Virus record (IMG/VR): IMGVR_UViG_3300043595_000022
Span: 1-45,664 of that record
Direction: 5' to 3' (one strand)
DNA length: 45,664 bases
From: a virus
Positions 6,962-14,389 of the stretch are shown one piece after another. How positions within the stretch are numbered: the stretch's first letter is position 1; every line of letters begins with the position of its first letter. Both the position numbers and the translations under genes were made by a program. The notes below the pieces were generated by a model, which was given only the letters and a program-made list of their open reading frames with translations, was not told the origin of the DNA and made no database searches.

Positions 6962-7450
6962 ATGTCAGACGACGAAACCATCGTGCAAAAACAAGTGCGG
7001 CTCGTGCTCGAACGGCAATGCCGCGAGCTCGCCGAGTTGCTCGCAAGCAAGGTGCCCGCGGGCGTCGGCTTTGTTCTGTTTCTCGCCGACCATGGCCCGA
7101 AGGGGAACACGGCCTATGTGTCCTCGGTCACGCGCGATAGCGCGCACGCGCTCGTGCACGAATGGCTCGACCGGCAAGACGCAAACCACCCGCAAGAGGG
7201 TTGGGAAGCGGCGGCGCAGTATGTCGCCGCGGTCGCGCGAGTAACAGGGTTCGAGGGCGAGGTCGATCCGGGCGCCGTGCTCGAGCATTGCGAGAAGCTA
7301 GCGGCCGCGGAGGTGCACGTGCTCAAAGCCGCGGCAACATTCGCGGCAGCGGTCGCAATGGCTACTCGGTACACTGGGCCGCGCGAGCTCGACGGCCTCC
7401 TCGAGCACTGTAAGCAGCTCGCCGCGAAAGCGGCCACGGTGCAGCCGTGA
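6962..7450 (+). CDS. Hypothetical 162-aa protein
   Basis: GGAGG-type RBS then ATG at 6962. High GC3. Confidence 0.6.
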   Translation: MSDDETIVQKQVRLVLERQCRELAELLASKVPAGVGFVLFLADHGPKGNTAYVSSVTRDSAHALVHEWLDRQDANHPQEGWEAAAQYVAAVARVTGFEGEVDPGAVLEHCEKLAAAEVHVLKAAATFAAAVAMATRYTGPRELDGLLEHCKQLAAKAATVQP

Positions 7451-7644
7451 TCCCGCTTCGCATCATTCTGGACGGCGAGGGTTGCTGGCCCGACCTCGCC
7501 GAAAAAGGCTTCACAAAGGGCGAGCTTGAGGCCGTCGCCGCGCTGCCGAATGGAACCGTCTCGGGCGCGCCGAGCGTGACCGTGCGCGTGACCTTGCCCG
7601 ATGGAACGATCGTGCTCGGCGCCGCGATCGACGGGCCATCGTGA
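7447..7644 (+). CDS. Hypothetical 65-aa protein
   Basis: GTGA overlaps at both ends (7447-7450 and 7641-7644). Confidence 0.5.
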   Translation: MIPLRIILDGEGCWPDLAEKGFTKGELEAVAALPNGTVSGAPSVTVRVTLPDGTIVLGAAIDGPS

Positions 7645-7931
7645 ACGCCGTTGCACTCATGGGCGACGGCTCGATCGTCTCGGGTCTGCACGCCGCGCTG
7701 CGCCGCGAATATCTCGTGCACCGCGCAATGCTCGTCGTTGGCGTCGCGCCGTGCGGGTGCATGTATGTGCTCAAAGACAAGTACGGCGGCAGCCCGCGAC
7801 CGGTCAACTTGCACGAGGCAAAGCTTGCGATCGAGCCGTACTGTCGGGCAGCGTTCGTGCCGCGCCTAACGCTGCGCGCGCTCTTCGCGCTCGAGCTCGA
7901 GCGCGCGCTCGGAAAGGGCGCGGTGCAATGA
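7641..7931 (+). CDS. Hypothetical 96-aa protein
   Basis: GTGA overlap upstream and ATGA overlap downstream. Confidence 0.5.
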   Translation: MNAVALMGDGSIVSGLHAALRREYLVHRAMLVVGVAPCGCMYVLKDKYGGSPRPVNLHEAKLAIEPYCRAAFVPRLTLRALFALELERALGKGAVQ

Positions 7932-8131
7932 TCGCGCTCGCCGGCAAGCGTTGCCACTACTGCCCGAACCCGGCGACGTACACGGATCGGATCGGTTCGA
8001 CGCGCCTGTACGTTTGCGACGAGTCGGACTGTAACCGGCAATTCGACGAGGAGGCGCGCGAGGCCGACCTCGACGCGGACGCGTTCGCGCGCGAGGCGGC
8101 CGAGGCCGACGGCTTCGAGCGGTACCGATGA
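7928..8131 (+). CDS. Small Cys-rich (zinc-ribbon-like) protein, 67 aa
   Basis: ATG at 7928 inside track ORF 7601..8131. CHYCPNP...VCDESDC. ATGA coupling on both sides. Confidence 0.5.
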   Translation: MIALAGKRCHYCPNPATYTDRIGSTRLYVCDESDCNRQFDEEAREADLDADAFAREAAEADGFERYR

Positions 8132-8313
8132 CACGCTGGCGCCTCAACAGGCCGATTGACTACGGCGATCGCTTCTGCCCCGCGTGCGGCCGCAAGCTCG
8201 CGGCAACCCGCCACGGCGTAACCGTCTGTTGCAACACGACCTGTTACAAGGTCGCTGCTCGTGAGCGCCGGCGAGTCGATCGGGCGCAAGGCATGAACGC
8301 GGGTTACAGGTGA
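8128..8313 (+). CDS. Small zinc-ribbon-like protein, 61 aa
   Basis: CPACGRKL...CCNTTC. Confidence 0.5.
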   Translation: MTRWRLNRPIDYGDRFCPACGRKLAATRHGVTVCCNTTCYKVAARERRRVDRAQGMNAGYR

Positions 8314-8316
8314 AGC

Positions 8317-8712
8317 ATGGCGGCTATCGAGTTTTCGCATTCGTACGAAACCACAACCTGCTGCAAATGCGGTGTCGCAATCGTCATGCCCGATGTCGTA
8401 ATGAAGCGCTTCAGAAGCAATCATGAATCCTTCTTTTGCGTGTACGGACACTCGCAACGCTTCACCGCCGAGACCGAGGCGGATCGGTTGAAGCGGGAAA
8501 AAGAAAGCCTCGAGAAGCGGCTTGCATGGAAGACAGCCGAGGCTGACGGCCTCGAGCGCCGCCGGCGGGCGGCCGTCGCGCAAGCGACCAAAGCCAAAAA
8601 CAAACTCGGCCGCGTCGCCAACGGCGTGTGCCCGTGCTGCAAGCGCTCGTTTCAAAACCTCATGCGTCACATGCAAACGAAACACCCGAGCTTTCGGGAA
8701 GGATTGGAGTAG
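8317..8712 (+). CDS. Zinc-finger / coiled-coil protein, 131 aa, visibly lower G+C than neighbours
   Basis: N-terminal CCKCG...FCVYGH, a central charged helix, and C-terminal CPCCKRSFQNLMRHMQTKH (C2H2-like). Confidence 0.6.
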   Translation: MAAIEFSHSYETTTCCKCGVAIVMPDVVMKRFRSNHESFFCVYGHSQRFTAETEADRLKREKESLEKRLAWKTAEADGLERRRRAAVAQATKAKNKLGRVANGVCPCCKRSFQNLMRHMQTKHPSFREGLE

Positions 8713-8979
8713 ATGCCCAAACCCGCCGACGACCGAATAGATCCCGAGCTCGCGTTGCGCGAAGTCCTGCACGCGCTCACGACGTACACCATGGAGCAAC
8801 GAGTCACGTCCTGCTCGGCCCTCATGTCCGCGATCGTGCGCTACGGCCGCTCGTGCCGGCGCGACGAGGCCGCTCGCATCTTCGACGAGCTCGGCGAGGC
8901 CCGACGCGCGGCCGCGTGTACCCAGGGCCGCGATCCAGCCGGCGACGCCTTCGCCCTCGACTTCGCTTGGGAGCGTTGA
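8713..8979 (+). CDS. Hypothetical 88-aa protein
   Basis: The ATG immediately follows the upstream stop. Good GC3. Confidence 0.5.
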   Translation: MPKPADDRIDPELALREVLHALTTYTMEQRVTSCSALMSAIVRYGRSCRRDEAARIFDELGEARRAAACTQGRDPAGDAFALDFAWER

Positions 8980-8982
8980 CGC

Positions 8983-9345
8983 ATGGGGCACCGAACCGAG
9001 GAGGTCTATCTATTCGTCGTCACTGACCCCAAGACGGGCGACGAGGGCGTGATCGCCGAGCGCTCGCGCGACGGGCAATGGTTGCCCGCGGTGTGTACCG
9101 ACCCCGAGCGGGTCGAATTTTGGCGACCGAGGGTGCAACGTATCGCCGACCACTACGCCGCGCCCGTTCGCCTGCTGCGCTTCTCGCAGCGCAGCGAGGT
9201 CGAGGTGCTCGAGCCGCGCGAGGGCGTGCCAAGGGCGACCGCCGGGCGCTGCCGCATGTGCGGGTGCACCGACGATCGCGCCTGCCCGGGCGGATGCGCA
9301 TGGGTCGCGCCCGACCTCTGCTCGAGCTGCGTTCGAAACCAGTAG
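8983..9345 (+). CDS. Hypothetical 120-aa protein with C-terminal Cys cluster
   Basis: CRMCGCTDDRACPGGCAWVAPDLCSSC at the C-terminus. Last gene of the rightward operon. Confidence 0.55.
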   Translation: MGHRTEEVYLFVVTDPKTGDEGVIAERSRDGQWLPAVCTDPERVEFWRPRVQRIADHYAAPVRLLRFSQRSEVEVLEPREGVPRATAGRCRMCGCTDDRACPGGCAWVAPDLCSSCVRNQ

Positions 9346-9368
9346 AGTTTTGCCCCGGGCCGGGCGGG

Positions 9369-9941
9369 CTAGGGCTCGAGCCGCGCTAGTAGCCGGCGGT
9401 AGGTGCGAGCTCGAGGCGCTGCGCCCGGCCAGCGGCAACCCGTCGCAGGCCGGGCATAGAACGCGATAGCGCCCTCGATCGACCTGCACCGACGGTGCCC
9501 AAAGCCGAGCTCGCGAGCGGCCGCGTAGGCGGCTCGCGTCGTGGGGTAGTACTCGACGCCCTCGAGCTCGAGCCATTCGGCGCGCGGTAGCCTCGGGCCC
9601 GCTTGCGTTTGCCAGTAGTGCCGCGCCCTGCCGCCGTCGCATTCCCAGGGCTTGCAGGCGCCGGCGCCGACGTGCTTTGCAAACGCGCTTTCGTGCCAGC
9701 CGACGGCGCCCAGGAGGGCGACGAGCTCGGCGGGCTTGCCCTGCCAAACCGGCGTGCAAAAGTCGGCACCCTCGAACGGGCCCGAGCAGGTCGCCTCGAG
9801 CGCGGCCGAGTGCATCGCCTCGGCGGTCGTCGTCATGCGTGCGAGCCGCTCGTCGTGCGTCTCACGGTCGCGATGGTAGGGCGCGAGCGATAGCAGGGTT
9901 TGCAGTGTCAGAACGACCGAGGCGAGGAATGCAGCAACCAT
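9369..9941 (-). CDS. Secreted/membrane-anchored protein, possible SLT-like peptidoglycan hydrolase (tentative)
   Basis: ATG at 9941 (the track start at 9971 is TTG). N-terminal hydrophobic segment MVAAFLASVVLTLQTLLSLA. GWHESAF resembles the E-S-x-F motif of lytic transglycosylases. Confidence 0.5.
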   Translation of the reverse strand: MVAAFLASVVLTLQTLLSLAPYHRDRETHDERLARMTTTAEAMHSAALEATCSGPFEGADFCTPVWQGKPAELVALLGAVGWHESAFAKHVGAGACKPWECDGGRARHYWQTQAGPRLPRAEWLELEGVEYYPTTRAAYAAARELGFGHRRCRSIEGAIAFYARPATGCRWPGAAPRARTYRRLLARLEP

Positions 9942-9960
9942 GCGGCCGAGGCTAGCTCGG

Positions 9961-10452
9961 TCAATTTGCAATGGCCCGTTTTACAACCTCGATAATTGCC
10001 GCAATCAACGCGCCGAATATCAGCACGAGCACGTCGCGAGTTTTGCTTTTGCCCTCGACCTTGTTCGCCTCGACCTTGGCGATAGCCTCGGTTTGCTTCT
10101 GCTGCCGCAAGGTGAGGATCTCCGCATTCTGTCGGGCGTCGCTCGCGAGCACGGCGTCGAGCTTTGCGTCGATCGTTTTCAGCTCGAGCCGAGCGAAACT
10201 CGTTTCGCGTTGCGCGTCCTCGACCGCGCGCAAGCGTTGCTCGAGCTCGCCGGCGTGCACCTCGACGCGCTCGACCTGGTCGGCGAGCTCGCCCTGCCCC
10301 TGATGAATGACCTTGAGCCAGCCGAGGATCGACTCGCGCTCCTCGGGCGGCAGCGAGCTCGGCGTGTGCCGACGTTCCGAATTGCCGCGCGCGGGCGGCG
10401 GCGGGATCTCCACGCCGCCGACGCGCTTACCGCTTGGCCGGCGTGGCTCCAT
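9961..10452 (-). CDS. Coiled-coil protein with C-terminal transmembrane anchor
   Basis: ATG at 10452 (GTG at 10413 is an alternative). Heptad-like ELADQVERVEVHAGELEQRLRAVEDAQ. C-terminal VLVLIFGALIAAIIEVV. Confidence 0.5.
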   Translation of the reverse strand: MEPRRPSGKRVGGVEIPPPPARGNSERRHTPSSLPPEERESILGWLKVIHQGQGELADQVERVEVHAGELEQRLRAVEDAQRETSFARLELKTIDAKLDAVLASDARQNAEILTLRQQKQTEAIAKVEANKVEGKSKTRDVLVLIFGALIAAIIEVVKRAIAN

Positions 10453-10750
10453 GGACTTCGTCCGCGAGCTCGTTGTGTCTCTCCTCGAGGGCGCTGTGCT
10501 TACTCGTGAGCTCGAATACCTGACGCTCGAGCTGCTCGACCCGGTTTGCGAGCTCGTGTCGATACTCGTGCACCTCGCGAAACAACTTGCGGTTTTCCTC
10601 GACAAGTTTCCCGTTGCCGCGCACGAGGGCGGCGTTACCGTCCTGCAATTCACGCACGCACCTAAGCACCTCGGGAATGTCTTTCACCTGGGCGAAAATG
10701 AGGTCGAGCGTCGGCTGCTTGCCGGGCGGGATCGATTGCTCTTCGGCCAT
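10427..10750 (-). CDS. Coiled-coil protein, 107 aa
   Basis: ATG at 10750 is the only protein-like part of the 359-aa Arg-rich track ORF 10427..11506. NRKLFREVHEYRHELANRVEQLERQVFEL. Confidence 0.5.
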   Translation of the reverse strand: MAEEQSIPPGKQPTLDLIFAQVKDIPEVLRCVRELQDGNAALVRGNGKLVEENRKLFREVHEYRHELANRVEQLERQVFELTSKHSALEERHNELADEVHGATPAKR

Positions 10751-10824
10751 ATGCCTTGATTGTACCGGCTGCACGCCCGTTTGGCCCGGGCTCGCCTCGG
10801 GATCTGTCTTTCGGTCCGTATCGC

Positions 10825-11847
10825 TCACGCTTTGGTGTCCTCGTCGAGGGCGCTGCGCCAAGCGTCGCGACCGACGATCCCGTCGCCGCGAAAGCCATGC
10901 GCCTGCTGCCAAGCGACCGTTGCGCGGTGCGTGATCGGCCCGAAAATACCGTCGTCTTTCACGCCAACGACCCGTTGCCATCGGGCAACGTTGGCGCCCT
11001 TTGCCCCGATCCCGAGCGACTCGGCGGGCACCGCCTGCCGCCCGCCCTTCTCCTCGAGCAGCGCGAGTTGATTGCGAACGATCTGCAAGTAGACCCCCCA
11101 GGGAAAGGCCGGCCCGGGATCCCAGTGCTTCGACTTCTTGTATGCTTGGTTGACGTCGTGATGGCCGCAGATACCGGCGGCGCCGACGAGCACCTCGCTT
11201 GCCGTGAGCTGCCGCACGGGAATGCGCCAGCGGTCGCAGATACCGGCGACGAGGACGGCCGAGCGGGCAAGCAGCGTTCGCGAGTAGGCGTCTTGCCAGT
11301 CGCCCGCGAGCTGCTTTGCACGACCGGCGTGCTCGACGCCAATCGACACGCCGTTGACGCCCGGCGCGTGACCCGCGACGTCGCGCTCGAGCACGCTCTG
11401 CGTGATCGAATCCGCGTCGACGGCGTAGTGCCATGACGCTTCGGGCGCGTCCGGCCCTGCCACCCAGGCGGCGAGGTTTTCGGCGGCTCGGTTCGTCTCG
11501 TCGCATTCGGCAGTGTGAATCACGACGAGCCGCACGGCGCGCCCTTGACCGGGCTTGAAGAGACGCGCCGGGATAAACGGCACGTCTTCGAGGTCGCCGC
11601 GCACGCTCGTTTGGCGCGCCGCCGGAGTCACGGACGGCGGCAGCACGAGCGGGCCGTCGGGCGCATACAGCGTCACGCCCTTGTGCTCGCCCTTCTCCTT
11701 GCTCTTGTGCGGCTCGAGCCGCGCTTCGTACGCGCGACCGTCGAGCTCGAACGGAATGCGCGCGCCCATCGGCGGATTCGTTTTCAGGATCGCGCTCGCC
11801 TTTGCAATCAGGGCGGGCGTCAATTCGTTGTTTCCCATTCGGCGCAT
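10825..11847 (-). CDS. Endolysin: N-acetylmuramoyl-L-alanine amidase (Amidase_2/PGRP type) with C-terminal PG_binding_1 domain
   Basis: VVIHTAECDE...GHHDVN...KHWDPGPAFPW. C-terminal ARWQRVVGVKDDGIFGPITHRATVAWQQAHGFRGDGIVG. ATG at 11847 or 11838. Confidence 0.85.
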   Translation of the reverse strand: MRRMGNNELTPALIAKASAILKTNPPMGARIPFELDGRAYEARLEPHKSKEKGEHKGVTLYAPDGPLVLPPSVTPAARQTSVRGDLEDVPFIPARLFKPGQGRAVRLVVIHTAECDETNRAAENLAAWVAGPDAPEASWHYAVDADSITQSVLERDVAGHAPGVNGVSIGVEHAGRAKQLAGDWQDAYSRTLLARSAVLVAGICDRWRIPVRQLTASEVLVGAAGICGHHDVNQAYKKSKHWDPGPAFPWGVYLQIVRNQLALLEEKGGRQAVPAESLGIGAKGANVARWQRVVGVKDDGIFGPITHRATVAWQQAHGFRGDGIVGRDAWRSALDEDTKA

Positions 11848-11851
11848 GGAT

Positions 11852-12055
11852 TCACCTATCGTCCCATGGGTGCCGCCTGACGCCGAGCTCGCGCACGACC
11901 GGCAGCTTTGAATCACGCTCGGGCGGTTCGTCGCCCATGAACGCGAGCGCGAATTCGCGGCGTAGCTCGCGCCGATCGCGCGGCTCTAAGAGGCTCATAA
12001 TGTAGTGCACGAGCGAGCGCGCCGCCTCTTTGGACAGATCGCCACCCTCGAGCAC
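11852..12055 (-). CDS. Hypothetical 67-aa protein
   Basis: GGAGG (12063-12067), a 7-nt spacer, then GTG at 12055. Same frame as track ORF 11852..12103. Confidence 0.45.
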   Translation of the reverse strand: MLEGGDLSKEAARSLVHYIMSLLEPRDRRELRREFALAFMGDEPPERDSKLPVVRELGVRRHPWDDR

Positions 12056-12069
12056 GCGCGCACCTCCGT

Positions 12070-12243
12070 TCAGAGTTTGACGGTTTCGCGGCCGAGGTGC
12101 CAAAGCACGACGAGCAGGCCGGCGAAAAACATGATGCGCCCGACCTCTTGATACTTCGCGCCGCGTGGCTTTTCCGTCGAAGCTGTGAAGTACAGGACGG
12201 CGCCGACGAGCGCGACGAGTAGCGGGAAAACGACGACGATCAT
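12070..12243 (-). CDS. 57-aa two-transmembrane-segment protein (holin-type candidate; not in ORF track)
   Basis: MIVVVFPLLVALVGAVLYFTASTEKPRGAKYQEVGRIMFFAGLLVVLWHLGRETVKL. ATGA overlap with the upstream stop at 12240-12243. Confidence 0.55.
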   Translation of the reverse strand: MIVVVFPLLVALVGAVLYFTASTEKPRGAKYQEVGRIMFFAGLLVVLWHLGRETVKL

Positions 12244-12461
12244 GGCTTTGCCTTTCCTACAGTGGTGCGCAACGCCAGGCGCAAGCGGTCGATGGTGCTC
12301 GTTTCGGCGTCAGTGATACGCGCCGCGAGCTCGGCGGTTTGCAGTGGCGTCGGAGACTTGGCGACGTTTTCGAGCACCCTGGCGAGGTGCACGAGGATCG
12401 GCGGGCCGAGGTACTTCGCGGCGTACTCGGCCGCTCGCCAGAAAACGGCGCCGGCACTCAT
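12240..12461 (-). CDS. Hypothetical 73-aa protein
   Basis: ATG at 12461 shares one nt with the lipoprotein gene stop (TGATG). High GC3. Confidence 0.5.
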   Translation of the reverse strand: MSAGAVFWRAAEYAAKYLGPPILVHLARVLENVAKSPTPLQTAELAARITDAETSTIDRLRLALRTTVGKAKP

Positions 12462-12712
12462 CACTGGCAGGCCGCTTTCGCGCGGTGCGCAGCTTGCCGG
12501 CGGTCGCGATACTTGGCGCGCACCTCGGGAAACTCGCCGCACTGCTCGAGCTCGCGCCCGTAACAGCGCTCGAGCCCCTCGGCGAACATGTCGTTTTCCA
12601 CGGCCTGCACCTCACGCTCGATCGCGGCGACCTCGGCCGCCGTGCAGGGCGAGCGCGCTGGCGAGCTCGAGCACGCGGCAACGACGAGCACGAGGGCGGC
12701 GAGCGCGTTCAC
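12461..12712 (-). CDS. Small lipoprotein (outer-membrane spanin candidate)
   Basis: Signal peptide plus lipobox LVLVVAAC|SSS. 83 aa, with 4 further Cys. Sits in the lysis cassette. Confidence 0.6.
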   Translation of the reverse strand: MNALAALVLVVAACSSSPARSPCTAAEVAAIEREVQAVENDMFAEGLERCYGRELEQCGEFPEVRAKYRDRRQAAHRAKAACQ

Positions 12713-12849
12713 TCTGCCACCGAAACAGTGCGTGAGCGGGTGTCATGGCCGGCCGTGAATATCCACGTCCCGAGCCACACTCCAATGCCCCAGGGAAACC
12801 ACCAGAAGCGCAAGCGAGGCGATGGCACACGGCGCAGCTCGCAGTGCAT
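12709..12849 (-). CDS. 46-aa Trp-rich single-TM protein (not in ORF track)
   Basis: MHCELRRVPSPRLRFWWFPWGIGVWLGTWIFTAGHDTRSRTVSVAE. TAATG overlap upstream and GTGA overlap downstream. Confidence 0.45.
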   Translation of the reverse strand: MHCELRRVPSPRLRFWWFPWGIGVWLGTWIFTAGHDTRSRTVSVAE

Positions 12850-13268
12850 TACTGCGCCGCCCTAAGCTCGAGCACGGCGGCCTCCATCTTCGCGCGCAAG
12901 AGCCGCTCGAGCTCGACGGGCAACATGATCTTTTCCGCCTCGCGCACGCCGTTTTGCGTCAGGTACGCCCGCGCCCGCTCGATCGATTCGTCGCGCACGC
13001 GTTTGACCTCCTCGAACGTGAGCGAGCGCTTGCCGCCGTCGGTCGCCTTTTTGAGGCCGTCGACGAGCTCGCGCTCGGTAACGGCTACCGCCGTGCGCGC
13101 GGCGTCGTCGATCCGGTCGAGCACGCCGAGCGCGTATGCGTTGCCGGCGACGCCCTTTTGCCGTTTGAGCCATGCGATCGCGTAAGTCACGAGCGCGCCG
13201 ACGAGGGCGAGCACGACCGACACGACGAGCAAGGCGAGCTCGAGGAGTAGAGGCGAGGCGTCACTCAC
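12849..13268 (-). CDS. N-terminal-TM helical protein: LL-H-type holin-like, or alternatively inner-membrane spanin
   Basis: GTGA-coupled GTG at 13268. TM segment LLLELALLVVSVVLALVGALVTYAIAW followed by a charged helical region ending in MEAAVLEL. Confidence 0.5.
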   Translation of the reverse strand: MSDASPLLLELALLVVSVVLALVGALVTYAIAWLKRQKGVAGNAYALGVLDRIDDAARTAVAVTERELVDGLKKATDGGKRSLTFEEVKRVRDESIERARAYLTQNGVREAEKIMLPVELERLLRAKMEAAVLELRAAQ

Positions 13269-13639
13269 GAAAGTGCCGCCGCGTTGTCGCCCGCTTTCGC
13301 CTCGTCCTTTGTCGAACGCGCGCCCGTCAAAACTTGCTGGAATTGTGCGACCGTCGTGGCCATGTCCCATCTCAACTGCACGGGCCGGCCCGTGCCGTCG
13401 TCCAGAAACGACGCTTCTTTACAGAGCAGCTCGTGCGCCTCGTCGGATAACCGGCCCTCGCCGCCCTCTGGCGTGTCGAGGAAATGATCGATCTCGAGCA
13501 AAAGGGAAGCGTTGCCGCGTTCGCGCCAGGCGGGCCGCACGAGCACGAGCTCGCGCACGAAAGAGGCAAGCGAGATTTCGCCCGCGGGCGCGAGCGACGG
13601 CGGGCATTTGATCGCGCGCGGAATGGTAAGCGCTTTCAT
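13265..13639 (-). CDS. Hypothetical 124-aa protein
   Basis: ATGA overlap at 13636-13639. Good GC3. Confidence 0.55.
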   Translation of the reverse strand: MKALTIPRAIKCPPSLAPAGEISLASFVRELVLVRPAWRERGNASLLLEIDHFLDTPEGGEGRLSDEAHELLCKEASFLDDGTGRPVQLRWDMATTVAQFQQVLTGARSTKDEAKAGDNAAALS

Positions 13640-13905
13640 GTGTTGGCGTATCCGGCGAGGGCCATTGCTTGATCGCGTAGCGCCGTGATCATGGCGCGGA
13701 GTTGCGTGCGCTGCGCGGGCGTGAGCGCCGAGGTAGTGATCGGGAAGTCTTGCACCGTGTTCGTGCCGTCGTCGTGCGCGATCTGCACCTCGACGCGGAG
13801 CGTGTTTGGCGGTTGCGCGGCCGCGTCGCTCACGTAAAAGCGGATCGAGATGTCGTCAGCGCCCGCCCGCGCGACTTGCGGAGCGCGATTCTTTTGCCAT
13901 GCCAT
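13636..13905 (-). CDS. Hypothetical 89-aa protein (weak paralogue of 13909..14388)
   Basis: GGAGG (13914-13918), 8 nt, then ATG at 13905. Begins MAWQK. Confidence 0.55.
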   Translation of the reverse strand: MAWQKNRAPQVARAGADDISIRFYVSDAAAQPPNTLRVEVQIAHDDGTNTVQDFPITTSALTPAQRTQLRAMITALRDQAMALAGYANT

Positions 13906-13908
13906 GGA

Positions 13909-14388
13909 TCAAACCTCCGAAAAGCCGAGCGCCGTTAGCGACTCGGCGCGTAGCGTGTTGAGGATTGCGAGGAAATCGGCGGCGTCGGTACCGTTGGGAA
14001 GCATGCTAGCGAGCGGTTCGTCTATGTAGAATGTCCAGTCGCGGGCAAAGCAGATCGCACGAGGCGCATTCGGCGGCGTGCCACCTGAGTCGGAGTAATA
14101 GATTTGCAGCGCCGTGGCGCCGGTGAAACCCGGGTAACCGGCGGCGGTCGCGAGCGCGTCGGTTAGGCTTGCGTAAAACGCGGCGAGTGCGGCCTCGTCG
14201 CCGCTGTCTAACAAATCTTGCGTGTACCCTCCGAAGTAGACCGAGCCGTATTCGGTATCGGCGGGCACGAGCTCGTCATGACACGGCGCGCCCGGGTGTG
14301 CCGAGTAAGAATCGGCTAGGTAAAGGGCGGTTTGCAGGTTCGTCGCTGAAGGCGACGCCGTGATCGTTACTTCTTTTTGCCAGGTCAT
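13909..14388 (-). CDS. Hypothetical 159-aa protein downstream of the tail fibre (possible fibre accessory/assembly protein)
   Basis: ATG at 14388, 1 nt after the fibre gene stop. Begins MTWQK. Confidence 0.55.
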   Translation of the reverse strand: MTWQKEVTITASPSATNLQTALYLADSYSAHPGAPCHDELVPADTEYGSVYFGGYTQDLLDSGDEAALAAFYASLTDALATAAGYPGFTGATALQIYYSDSGGTPPNAPRAICFARDWTFYIDEPLASMLPNGTDAADFLAILNTLRAESLTALGFSEV

Positions 14389-14389
14389 T

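Noticed and set aside
9346-9368. Possible terminator between the convergent early and late operons
   Set aside because: Only a 5-bp CCCGG/CCGGG pairing with a 1-nt loop could be drawn, which is not a credible hairpin.
10751-11506. Upstream two-thirds of the 359-aa track ORF 10427..11506 (Arg-rich translation)
   Set aside because: It lies in an alternative frame of the well-supported endolysin gene 10825..11847. The translation is Arg/Ala/Gly low complexity, typical of off-frame high-GC DNA. Only the last 107 codons, from ATG 10750, look like protein.
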